Source of the DNA: Vicugna vicugna
Taxonomy: Eukaryota
Reading direction: 5' to 3'
Length of the DNA: 64,000 nt
Assembly: GCA_013265495.1 (NCBI GenBank)
Contig: MU058065.1
Location: forward strand, 4,009,003 to 4,073,002
The notes under the pieces are model-generated. The model worked only from the letters and a program-made list of their open reading frames with translations. It ran no database searches and was not told the DNA's origin. Position 1 is the stretch's first letter. Each line of letters begins with the position of its first letter. Of the stretch, positions 38,271-50,540 are shown one piece after another. The position numbers and the translations under genes were made by a program.

Positions 38271-38896
38271 ACATGCCATGCTGACAGCACTCAGCCTGGG
38301 GCTTTTGAGGTCATCGCTACATGATACCAGCCTTTTATCCCACCCTGCTCAGAAAATGCTGAGAAAGCCAGGGAGGATGTAGATGGTGTGATGTAAAGTG
38401 CGATCACTGTAAATATCTCAGCGTGTGTCTTGCTGACAGTGGGAAGTCCAGCTCTGGAAGAAACACTGTCAGCAGTAGCATCTATTTATGTGAAGGATTA
38501 AGCTAGAAAATGCTTATTCTTGTTGGTATTTTTAGTAGTTCTCCCAGACTTTTGAAGCTGCTTTCAATAAGCTCTTTTGCTTGCTTGGATTTTGTTCATG
38601 CTTATAAACTGATTCTATTGAATGCATCTGTGAGGGTTGGATTGACCAACAGACACAATATCTCAATTACATAGAAATTAAGTAGTTAGAAATGTTGAAA
38701 AAAAAGATCTTGCATTAGTTGTTAGGAAGTCTAAGTTATAACATCAGATGTATCAAATATCAGATGGTTCACATTGAAAAAGTAGCCAACCTTATTTGTA
38801 ATACTGAAATATCATTCTAGTAGTCCTATTTCTTAAGATTTCTGTGGAGATAAGGTAAATTGACCTATGTGGAAGCATTTAGAACCCCTTCAGGCA

Positions 38897-39009
38897 GAGG
38901 GAAGGGAAGAAAGAGAGGGAGGGAGGGAGGCAGGGAAGGAAGGAAGGAGGGATGGAAGAAAGAAAATGGAAGGAAAGGGAAAGGAAGAGAGGGAGGAAGG
39001 GAGGAAGGA
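38897..39009. repeat. Polypurine (GGAA/GGGA)n low-complexity tract
   Basis: Read directly from the sequence; almost pure purine on the + strand. Confidence 0.9.
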
Positions 39010-39063
39010 GCCCATGTCATTCAACATTCTACTTTAAAGCCTTGACAAACTCAGAACACTCTT

Positions 39064-40170
39064 CTTTTCTTCAGCTTTATTGAGATATGATTGAAAAATG
39101 AAATTGTAATAAATTTAAAGGGTAAAATGTAATGATTTTTATATATGTATTCATGGCGAAAGGATTTTCCCCCATCGAGTTAATTAACACATCCATCACC
39201 GCCCATATTTACCTTTCCTTTTCTGAGACTATTTAAGTTCTACTATCTTCGCAAATTTCAGTTATATGATACAGTGTTATCGACTATTGTCATCATGTTT
39301 TCTTTAGCTCCTCAGGCTGTATTTATTTTATAGCTGAAAGTCAGTACCCTTTACTAACCTCTCCCTATTTCCTCCAACCCCTAGTTGTTAGCAACCACTT
39401 TTCTACTATCTGTTTCTATAAGTTCAAATTTTTAAAGACTTTACATATGAGTGATATCATGCAGTATTTATCTTTCTCTGGCTTATTTCAATCAGCATGA
39501 TGCTTTCCAGGTTCATCCATGTTGTCACAAATGACAGAATTTCCTTCTTTTCTAAGGCTGAATGATATTCCATGTATGTATATATATAATATATGCATAT
39601 ATACATATTGTGTATATATACGTATACATATAGATCTCTCTTTGACATAATGGCTATATCAAACTAAAAAGCTTCTGCTCAGCAAAGGAAGCTATCAACA
39701 AAATGAAAAGGCAACCTATGGAATGGAAGAAAAATATTTGCAAACCACATATCCTATAATAAGTTAATATCCAAAATATACAAAGAACTCGTACAGCAAT
39801 TGTGAACAACACAGCAAAACAATTATTAATAGGGAAAGAACCGGAGTAGACATTTTTCCAAAGGAAAAATACAAATAGCCAACAGGAACGTGAAAGGATT
39901 CTCAACATCACAAATTACCGGGGAAATGCAATTCAAAGCATAGTGAGCTATCACCTCACACCTGTCCAGATGACAGTTATCAAAGAGACAAGAAATAATG
40001 TACTGGTAAGGATGTGGGTTAAAGGGAACGTTTGTACACTGTTGGTGGGACTGCAAATTGGTATAGCCATTTGGAAATCAGTATGGAAATTCATCAAGAA
40101 GTTAGGCATAGAACTGTCATATTGTCCAGCAGTATCACTTTTAGGTATTTGCCCCCAAAAAACAAAACAC
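39064..40170 (-). mobile_element. L1MA9-like element with a 5' inversion (3' UTR on - at 39064-~39645, ORF2 C-terminal segment on + at ~39645-40170)
   Basis: cagctttattgagatatgattg...gagttaattaacacatccatcacc 3' end; + strand ORF 39943-40182 (YHLTPVQMTVIK...VGLQIGIAIWKSVWKFIKKL) is L1 ORF2 C-terminus; TSD cagaacactctt / caaaacactgtt. Confidence 0.85.
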
Positions 40171-41484
40171 TGTTTATGGTAGGTTAGAAATATTTCTGAG
40201 AGAGCTATTACATCTTGTTTAATGGCCATCCCATTATAGATTATGCTTATGTTTTTTTTTTTCCTCACTCTGTTGTCATCACAACATTTTATGGAGAGAA
40301 GAGGGGATAAGCAACTTCCTTTTCATGTGCTGAGAGCTTGGTTAATAACAAAAGTGTCAAAACCAACCTAGCTCTACAACTTGGCTGGATCTTCACTAAT
40401 GGATAAAGCTGTCCTACCTCTAAAAGACCCTCTGGGGAGACTTATTGTTAGAAAATGCTTGTGTTTTATGTGTTTCCTTTAAAGGGTAAACAATAGCTAG
40501 AGAGCTAGGGCGGTGACCTCAGTGAATACGACTGAAAGGGTCCGTTCTGACTGACGCAGGCCTGTAAAGGTGGTCACAGATACAACAGGACGGCCCTGTT
40601 TGAGCTCCAACTGTGTTTGAGAGTAGACACCTAGGAAGAACATTTAAATTTTGAATAAGCAAATCTATTTCATTTGCTCACATTTTACTGGAAGAGGGCA
40701 CAGAGTGATAAAATTGGTCGGCAACACCCTAACAACAAAGGAGTTCTTTGTTTGTTTGTTTTTGCTTGATTGATTGAGAGAGTGTTGTGGTTGTTCACAT
40801 TGTCCTGTGATAAATGACAAAGACTTTTTTTTTTTTCATTTTGGTTTCCCATCAGAAGGGTTTCCTACCATCAAGCCAACAAGGTCCAGATGTAATTTCA
40901 CTGATGAGCAAGACATCTCTGCCAACTGAATTCCTATTGATTAGCATCTGATTTTGTTTGTCAGCAAAAAGAAAAACTTGCTTTTTAATGGCATGTTTTG
41001 GTACATAACCAGCGCGTATCTGTGAAGGGGAGGGTGTGGATGGAAGGGTCTCTTTCAAAAGCTGATGAAAACACATGAGTATGATCATTTCTGCTTTCAA
41101 CCACATAAACAACATCTGTAATCTTAAAGCAGTCAACGTCTTGCCCTGAAGATGAAAGAAATCGTTGGCTTGGTGATCTTAGCAGTTGCAAGCTATCGTG
41201 GCCTGAGATGGGGGACATGATGTACTGACTAGGGACGGGGGTCAGTGTCCCTCACTGTCCCCCTAGCCCCCTGGCTCCTCCTCCCTGGAAGGCTTGAGAG
41301 GTTGTACGCCAGCCATCGTCTCACCATCTGGGGGAAGTGGCAACTTCTAATAACCAGTTACAGCTGTTTTGGGAGGTATGACAGCATGAACCAGAACAGT
41401 CTGGATGGGATTTTTTTTGTTTTTTGTTTTTTTGGCAAACAGAGCAGACCTGGAATTTTATAAGCAGTCATGCACACAGACAGA

Positions 41485-41715
41485 CTACAATTACAAAGTT
41501 CTGTAGTGTTTACTAAGAACTTTTTCACATATTATTTCATTTAATCATGACAACAGTCCCATGAGGTAATTATTATTATCTTTATTTCATGGCCCAAAGA
41601 TATTCAAGGCCCAGAAATATTCAATGACTCATCCAATATTATATAACTTATAAGTTATAGACTTAAAGTTGGAGCCCATGCCTCTGGCCCTAAGTCCCGT
41701 GTTCTGTCCAATACA
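41485..41715 (-). mobile_element. MIR SINE
   Basis: ttttcacatattatttcatttaatcatgacaacagtcccatgaggtaattattattatc. Confidence 0.8.
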
Positions 41716-43176
41716 ATAGGCTTTCTATCTCACCTTGCTAGGGGGATATACTTTCTCTGCTTTTCAAGTGAAACCCTTATTTCCCATTGATACGATTTTT
41801 TTTTCTAATGAGGACTTTCTATTACTAATCGTATAAAATTTCAATACTTTATGAATACATATAAGGTGATATAAAGAAAGAACATAAGCAATGTGTGTTA
41901 GCATTACAACTGATCCATTAACCTATCACTTGAAAAGCTTGTTTCATTTAGCAAGTGGACATGCTTTTTCACATTACCCTGTGTGTCCTCACATCATGAA
42001 AGGGAAGCAAAAGGGTGCACAACATGATTGAGTAATATAAAAAATTTCCAGGAATGACTTAAATGAAATAGATTTTCTTAAGTGATTGACCAAAGACCTA
42101 TCAAGAGTTCCCATTCAATTTCCTATGCAGTCAAGAGTGTTTCTGGTTAATTGTAGCCCTCAAAGAATTAAGAGGTCAGAATGCCTTCAGAGTGCTAAAA
42201 TAAAATATAGAGTAACAAGAGAAAAATAGAAAAATTGTCAAAAAAAAAAGGGGGGGATCATCCAGTCTGCATAAGCTCAAGATTTTCCAAGGGCTCCCAA
42301 ATGCTTTCAAGTGGTAATAAGAATTTAGTTAGCTGAAAATGGGAAAACTATCTCCTGCAAGCAAATGAGATGCTGTTTCATAAAGCAAGACCATGACGCA
42401 TGGTTCAATATGGGAAATATTTTTGTAGTTTTTTTTTAAATGGAATTTTAATTCTATGTGGAAGAATGCAGGAAAGTCTTTTTTTTTTTAATCTTTGACT
42501 CTACTGCTGTTCAGATTACCTTCCCCAGTAATCCTGTAATTTACTGTCCCTTAAGGCATCTTCCTCTTAAATTCAGATTTCTCCATTCCCTTCAGGTCCT
42601 GCTGGGATTTTACAACGAGCAGTCAATGGCACAAAGCTCTTTCTTTCCTTGGCAATTGTCCACTTGCTCAGAGTCCCGATTAACCTTCTCCCACTGCCCA
42701 CCCCACTAGTCATATGCCTAGTTTATAGTTTCTCATTTTTGATGCTGTCTCCCCATGTCATTATATCTGCATCTAACATCTTTTTCTTCTACTTTGCCCC
42801 TAAAGTTGATGCCAAGTTTAAATTAACACAATATAAGCATGATGGCAAAGCACCTGTGACAGTTTCTAAGAAATAGTTAATTATGATTTTCAAATGTCTT
42901 TTCTTGATTCAGAGTTGGCTAAAGTTCTGGGTGGTAATGTTGAAAGAAGGAAAATTCTAATTAGAAAGGCAAAAAGTTATATATATATATATGTATAGTT
43001 ATATAAATATGAAAAATAAAATCAAACATGAAAACAAATACATATAATACATTATAGTCATCTTTATAATTATAATATATTGTATATAATGCATACATAT
43101 AATGGGAGGTAGAGAAAGAGAAAGGGAGGGAGGAGAGAGAAACAGCTCCATCTGTACCTAACAAGATATTTAAAAA

Positions 43177-44089
43177 AAGAATATAAGCAAACAGCTCATA
43201 CAACTTAATAAAAAACCAAACAACCCAATCCAAAGATGTGCAGGAGACCTAAACAAGCAATTCCTCAGTGAAGACATACAAATGGCCAAGAGGCACATGA
43301 AAAAATGCTCAATATTGCTAATTATCAGAGAAATGCAAATCAAAACTACAATGAGGTATCACCTTACACCAGTCAGAATGGCCATGATTAAAAGTCCACA
43401 AATGATAAATGCTGGAGAGGGTGTGGAGAAAAGGGAACGCTCCTTCACTGCTGGGAGGAATGTAATGTGGTGCAGCCATAATGGAAAATAGTATGGAGAT
43501 TCCTTAAAAAACTAAAATTAGGCCTACCATTGATCCAACAATCCCACTCCTGAGCATATATTCAGAGGGAACTCTAATTTGAGAAGATATATGCACCCCA
43601 CTGTTCATAGCAGCACTATTTTTAATAGCCAAGACATGGAAATAACTTCAAAGTCCATCAACAGATGATTGGATAAAGAAGAATATATATGTAATATATT
43701 AGATACATAATGGAATACTACTCAGTCATAAAAAAGAATAAAATAATGCCATTTGCAGCAATATGGATGGAACCGGAGATTATTATTCTAAGTGAAGTAA
43801 GCCAGAAAGAGAAAGAAAATTACCATATGATATCACTTACATGTGGAATCTTAAAAAAAAATAAAGACACAAATGAGCTTATTTACAAAACAGAAACAGA
43901 CTCACAGACATGGAAAACAAACTTATGGTTACCACAGGGAAGGAGGTGGGAAAGGATAAACTGGGAGTTCAAGATTTACAAATACTAACCATTATATATA
44001 AAATAGATAAACAACAAGTTTACACTGTGTAGCACAGGAAACTGTATCTTGAAGTAATCCTATAATGAAAAAGAAAATAAAAATAAAAA
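43177..44089 (+). mobile_element. 5'-truncated L1 (camelid type), ORF2 C-terminus plus 3' UTR
   Basis: ORF 43282-43491 [34 protein letters not shown] and ORF 43710-43988 MEYYSVIKKNKIMPFAAIWME are the L1 ORF2 end. Confidence 0.93.
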
Positions 44090-44519
44090 CACTTGAGATC
44101 CCAAAGGGGAAAAAAAGAGTAGAAAATCTTTTCCCTTAAAGACCACTCGTTCTTACTCATTTGCACTTCAGTATTATGTTTTGAACTTTTTAAATATGAA
44201 TTTCACTTTCACATTTCTGTGAAATCTTTGTTGAGAATATTATTACACATCTCAAATTTTGTCTCCTATTGATACAATATGAAAAAATATTTTGGGCATT
44301 TATTCTTGAGAATAAAACAAAATACAATAAGAATTTTCTTAAAAACCCACACAAATTTATGTAACCTGTCACATTTCATCTAAGATTTGCACATTAGACT
44401 CCATAAATCAAAATATGGTGCTTATTTACAACATATATTTAAACTATGATTGACATTTTTGTGTCCTCATTTTTTCTCAACTGTGTTTTCCTTTTTGAAT
44501 AGCAGCTTGAAGTCATTTT

Positions 44520-44985
44520 TGAAGGAAGAAGAGTATAACTGAATTAAATAAATGGATTCAAAGTCTGTCTTTAAGAAAAAAACTAAGGGAAAGCATTTAT
44601 TATGGGATGACTGTAAGTGTGGGATGACTATATGACCAGAAGATGCAGAAAAAGTATAATTTTAAAAAATGAGAGGGGAACAAAGAGACATGCAGAAGGT
44701 TTTTAATTGTTACCAATAATCATATTGGTGTTAACAGTATGAGTTTTGTTATTTAGAGACTATGGATGTAATATGTGGTAAAGTTAATGAGTAACTATGG
44801 AATATTCTAATTCTGTCATCTTTAGTGTTCTAGAGAACCAGGACATTTGATATAGAGGAAAGGAGATGTGTATGTTATAGAGAAGAGATTAAGTAAAAAA
44901 ACAAACCCTGTAGTCCTGAATTTGAGCTAGAAGTATCAGTACATATTCATGAAGCAATTTACGTTAATGATAATAATAATAACAT
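44520..44985 (+). mobile_element. L1MC-like 3' UTR fragment
   Basis: taatcatattggtg...gagaaccaggac...gaggaaaggagat...aaaccctgtagtcctgaatttgagctagaagtatcagt. Confidence 0.65.
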
Positions 44986-45465
44986 ATAAATTCAGTATAA
45001 TTCCAATGAAAAATCCCAGTAGGATGTTTTTGTGGAAGTCAACAAGCTGATTCTAAAATGCATTTCATAAGGCAAAGGAACTAAAAGAGTCACAACAATT
45101 TTGAAAAAGAACCAAGTAGAACCAGTCATATTATTTAATTTAAGACTTGCTATAATCTACAGTAACCAAGCCAGTGTGGTAAAGCAGAAGGATAAAAGTA
45201 TAGATCAGTGGAATGGAATAGAGTCCAGAAATAGACACAGATGTAGGTGAGTTAATTGATTCTTTTCAAAGTTAAAAAGGCAATTTGGTGGAAAAAGTGT
45301 AATCTTTTCAGCAAATGGTGCTGGAAAAATTGGATATCCATATGGAAATTCAAACCGTGACCCATGTCTTACATCATAAACAAAAAATTAACTCGAAACA
45401 CGTCATAGACTTAATGTGAAACCTAGAACTGTAAAAGTTGAAGAAGAAAAGCGTAGGAAAACATG
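44985..45465 (+). mobile_element. Old L1 ORF2 fragment
   Basis: caagctgattctaaaat...tacagtaaccaagccagtgtggt...atagatcagtggaatggaatagagtccagaaataga...caaatggtgctggaaaaattgga. Confidence 0.85.
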
Positions 45466-47730
45466 TTGGCTCTGCAGTATCCTCCAGATCCCCTCCAGAA
45501 ACAAGGAAGACATCAGCCTATTTACATGGTCTCCTGGAGTTTGCTGAGTGTCTGATTCACGGGTAGTAGAAAGTGGTGTTTCCGGGAGTGGGAGCCACGT
45601 GGTCCAAAATGGCTCCAGGCATGCGTCAGCCCCGTGATCCAACGGCAGCAGGTGTAATATGGCCATTGATTTGACAACGGTGGAGAAAATCACATTAGCC
45701 TCTAGCTTTCCCCATTCTTGCAAATGGCCCTGCTGGGTCTAAATGGAGCCAGCCTTCTTTCTGTCCTGTGAGTGAGACAGGAGAGCCCTTCTTGCCCAAT
45801 CACGGGAGAAATGGGTGGCGTCCCTCGTTCCCTTTCCCACCAATGATTTGGTTGGCAGCCTCTCTCGTGATCATGCTCTGTAGCAGCTGTTCCTTGTCTT
45901 TGCTGTGGATCTGTCTCCTTTTTATCTTGGCAGACAGGGCAATTTCTTTGAAATAAAGCCCCCTTCTCCATTGCAAGCGACCTTGAGACATTTAGTGCTA
46001 TCATTTCCCAGCTGTATTAGTGGCTCCAAATTCAATTTCAAGGTTTTGAAAGCTTCCCCTTGTCCACCTTGTGTTCACTTGCCTTCGTTCAAGTGTCCTA
46101 CAAGGCAATTGCTTTGGGATCCTTGTAGCCATTTTAGCATGTGTCTAACTTAGCCAAAGAGAATTGCAGCAAGTGTGGCTTCAATGCCTGGGACCTGGCA
46201 GTGATCCAGGGCATCACAGCTGGGGCCTCTGTCATGTCTTTGGATGCTGTGAATAGCCAGCAGTGGGAAAAGAGGAAAATGTCATGCTAGGACCTCAAGG
46301 TCCAGATCATGCAAATCATTTAACAATATATAGTAGAGACTCAATTACCCACCGTATATAGGACCGAGAGTGCTTTCCCAACAGTAAACTTGAATAATAA
46401 GCAATTATAAGCATATTTTAAAATGCAGATGCATGCTTCTGATTGATGGGTGGGATGGTGTACATTGTGATGCCATTGAAACATGCTATTTATGGTTGTC
46501 ATCAATTATATTGGTGTTTGTCAAGGAACAGCCTTCTGAAACTTAGCTTCCTCGTTTGTAAAATTTGTGTCTGAGGCATTTTTCAGCAGGGCCACCTGCT
46601 TAGTGAGTATTCAGAAATACATCTGATTCAGCTGTCCAGGATTTGGTGTCTTTTATCCCACAAATCCTATCCAAAAAGTGAGAAATAGGTTTCATTTCTA
46701 GCGTCCAGGATAATCAAATAGTCATGGCTGCCTGGGTTGCAAAGGCTTCTAAAAACTGCACTTAGAATCACCTAGACAAAGGCTGGAAGAGCAATAGTGA
46801 GTGTGTTTTAGGAAAGACATCCCAGCCTATGGATTTATCACGATTGCATTCTTTCTCGCTGTGTCTGATCTGTCTGATTCCTTGCCTCCATGTGTCTCCC
46901 TCTTGCTGGAATTCAGACTGCCTGAATAAGAGCTTTCCTACCAATGGAATCTAAAAGAAGCTTACAACCTCCTATCTGTTTAAAATTTTAGCAGATTGCA
47001 ATTACAGGGCAAACTGGCAGGGATTAACAATAGAATTAGGGGTTCAAATTAAGCAAAATCTCAAAATAACAAATTATACCCAGTCTTTATTGAAAAGTAA
47101 GTGGGCTAGTCCTGTCTTCTGATCTCTCTAGGAATCTTCTCTTGAACATCCATGGGAAAGCCATAAACTCTCTTTCTGTCCCTCTTTCACGGCCTCGTTC
47201 CACTGAAAAGAAGCACCCCCACTAGCTACTACTATTTCCTGCGCATAACAATGAACATTAATAGATGTCTCATAAAAGGACAGTCAAGGATTTCAGTGTT
47301 CAAAGGAGATTAATTTATATTGCAACTGACACTATGACACTAATAACCTTTTTCTCCAAACTTAGCTACCAATCTCCTGTCCTTAAACAGGAAAGATCAG
47401 CTCAGGCATTCCGTGAAGATGTTGTTCTCAACGCCAAATGACATCTTACCTTCCAGGATTGTCTAATCAGCCAAAATACAAACCAAGAGTCCAAAGCATG
47501 ATTCACTGTCATTGACTGGAAGTAATTTTTGCTAGCCTTTTCTTCTAAGGGCATCATGCTTTCTCTGTCCATCAGAGCTTTCGGAATTTTAGATTTCAAA
47601 TGTTTTCCCTATTACATTCAGTGAAACTCAGTTTTTTGAGTTCAGGAAAGTAATGCCCTCTCTCTAGTGTTTCATCATGGATTTTGCTAGTCACTTTTAA
47701 GAGTGCAGGCCCATGTGTATATGTATGTTG

Positions 47731-47733
<3 letters not shown>

Positions 47734-47770
<37 letters not shown>
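47734..47770. repeat. (GT)n microsatellite
   Basis: Read directly from the sequence. Confidence 0.97.
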
Positions 47771-47771
<1 letters not shown>

Positions 47772-47881
47772 ATGTGTCTAGCTGCTTGGGAGGGAGGTTT
47801 CAGTTTTCCTTAGATAGACACAGAGTGTTGGGAGGATGGAGGTGAAGATGGGGGAGTGAGCCCTGGGGAATCCCAGGTGGG

Positions 47882-48806
47882 TGTAGGCTTGGCTATACTC
47901 TGCTTCATCCTGCAAAAGGTTCTTGGACCCAATTCCAACCTGTGTAGGTGGAGACTTCTCCACTCCAACAATCAATTCTTGGGCCCCAGGAGGGAGCCCG
48001 AGAGTTCAACTCAGTTCTGACACTACCTACCCAGAGATAGAATCAGGTTCCATGGATAAAGGGCTCAGTCCCACAAGACCACCGTTAGCTTCTGAGTCTA
48101 GTGTCAAGCCCAGGTTGTTACCTGTGCTTCTGACCAACTGGCTGTAAATCAGAGCTTCCCACAGTCCCCTCTTGGCTTCAATTAATTTGTTAGAACGGCT
48201 CATAGAAATTAGGAAAACTCTTTTACTCACTAGATTATCAATTTATTATAAAAGGATATTAAGGGCTACAAATCAACAGCCAGATGTTAGAGACACATAG
48301 GGTGAGGTCTCAAACAAAGGTGTTTCTGTCCTTGTGGAGCGTGGGGCCCGACACGCTGGTGCACAGAAGGGTTCTGGCTCCCCGGGGTGAAAGCTCTCCA
48401 AAAAAGGACAGAAAGCTGTCCTTTGGGTGGTTTATGGAGGCTTTATTTCATGGCTGTGATTGACTAAATCATTGGCCAATGGCAATTCATTCAACCTCCA
48501 ATCCTCCTCTCTTCCCTGGAAACCAGGGAATTGGACTGAAACTTACAACTTTCTAATCACGTGGTTGGCTCTCCTGGCAACCAGCCCCACCCGTGGGTGG
48601 GGTCCAAAAGTTATCTTTCCTGAAGTATTTTCAGGAACTGAGGACAAGAGACCAAATATTATAATATTGCTCTTGTCACTCAGGAGATACTAAGGGTTTT
48701 GAGAGCTGTGAGCCAGGAACTGTGAATGAAGACCAGATACACTTGATCTGTATATGATAAATATATCTGGTCATCTGAATGATGACCTATAAATCACAAT
48801 ATTGCA
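47882..48806 (-). mobile_element. MER21-family solo LTR
   Basis: caactcagttctgacactacctacccagagatag...cagtcccacaagacc...ttcaattaatttgttagaacggctca...; ends ataaatcacaatattgca, the reverse of the MER21 start. Confidence 0.85.
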
Positions 48807-49179
48807 CACCTCTTTGCCTTACCAGGACTTATTCTGCCTTAATCCTAGTGGGTCTCTTATCAAGGGTGAGGAGGGGACTTTTTTCCATATTTCAAGGTGC
48901 CTAAAGATTATAGGTAAATTCCTAAACTTTAAACATGGAAATTATTTTTTCAAAAAAGAATGCAGACATCAATATGCTAGTTTTTTTAGACCTTGATATT
49001 TTGTCATGAGACCATATCTATATTTATTTTCTTGCCTCAATTAGTAATTATTTCTAATCGTAGCCCTAGTGCCTGAAACTGAGCACAGTATGGGGCTGAC
49101 CATCAATAAATGTCATTGCATGAATAAAGTTATTCAGTATTAATAATAACATATTTTTAAATGCTATTGCCTTAAACTC

Positions 49180-49375
49180 ATAGAATTCCAGAACTTCAAG
49201 AGAACTTCAAGAGTTTATCTTACCCAAATCCTTCATGTGAAAGTCAGGAAACTCAGACTTAGAAAAGAGAATCTTGTTTCTAGGCCTCAATAGTATGACA
49301 GGGAAATGACTCGAAGGTCATCTCACAGACAGAAGCAGAGCGTGGCCTAGAGCTCAGGTGCCCTGACTCCTATTA
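49180..49375 (-). mobile_element. MIR fragment
   Basis: caggaaactcagacttagaaa...aaatgactcgaaggtca...ctagagctcaggtgccctgactcc. Confidence 0.55.
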
Positions 49376-50338
49376 ATTTTCTTAGCCTTCCTTCTCTTCA
49401 ATTTAACATTCCATTAAAAATAAGAGCTGTATTCCCATTTTTCCTGGTGGTGTTTCTATGTATTGGAAAGAAGGAAGGCCCAAAGGGACTCTTGCATGAA
49501 AATGACCTGAAAATGTGAGAGCTGCTATTATAAAAAGACACGATTTTCCTTCCTATTGCTCTAAAATTATTTTTTATAGCATCAAGCTCAATGTCTCTGT
49601 CTTTTGTCCCCCAGGTGTCTGACAACTTTGGGGAAAGAGGCACCATAGAAAACATTTACCTGTGAGATCCTTACATTGAAGCCACCATCACCTGCCATAC
49701 TTAGGCAGTGAAAATGGCAAGTCCCTTCCTTAAAAATAACGACATGATATCCTCCATAGAATAATCCTATCAGTGAATGGCTCAATATACTTGGTGTGTA
49801 AAATTCAGAAGCACTGAGATGAAGGCAACCGTGAGTTATTTTTGTTTAAACTCTCCGCGTTTTCCCAGAAGAGGCTCTGCCTTCTGTCAAGATTAAGTTG
49901 TTCGGGCTTTAATATTTGTCATTAAATAAATGGCTTTGATCTCACAGATGCCATAGAGAGACAGGGTGGGAGAGCCCCATGACTCAGAGAGAAAACAAAT
50001 TTCATGGGCTGCGGGCATACATTCTGAATGTCAAAGCCCCGAGGCGGTAGTCGTTCCCGAAACAGAAATCGAGACGTCTCTGTTTCCCTACGAGGCAGTT
50101 CGTCATGGAAGAAATTACAGCTTCAAGACCATGGCTGGGGAACCGTCACAGATCCGTGTGAACCACCGAATGTCTCCTTAGACGCATCTCTGTGAGTCCA
50201 CGAGACCCAAGCTCTTTAAGGCTGGAGCTGGATCTTCTTTGCCCTCCCCCTGCCCCAGCCTGGCTCCATAGAGGGTGTTCAACAGAAGTAAGTGTTCAGA
50301 ATGAACCAATTCATAGCAAATAGAACTGGAGTCTGGAC

Positions 50339-50540
50339 CAGTGGCTCTCAACCAAGGATGACTTTGTCCCAAGGGCAGCAGAGGTATTTGCAGTTGTCAC
50401 AGCTTGGGGAGGGGCTGCTATCAGTGTCGAGTGAGCGCAGGCCGGGGATGCTGTTAACTACCCTCCGTCGTGCAGGGCAGCCCTACCACGAAGACGCATC
50501 TGGTCCACGTTGCCGTTGGTGCTGAGGCTGAGAAGCCCTG
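50339..50540 (+). mobile_element. MER20 hAT-Charlie element
   Basis: cagtggctctcaacc...gttgtcacagcttgggg...ggccggggatgctgttaac...gtgctgaggctgagaagccctg. Confidence 0.85.

Noticed and set aside
43282..43988. Protein-like ORFs
   Set aside because: Frameshifted L1 ORF2 C-terminus, not a host gene.
49190..49213. 11-bp tandem duplication gaacttcaaga x2
   Set aside because: Ordinary slippage duplication inside a decayed repeat.
49590..49670. Strong + strand splice acceptor (ctctgtcttttgtcccccag)
   Set aside because: The downstream donor is weak and frames close quickly; isolated acceptors are common by chance.
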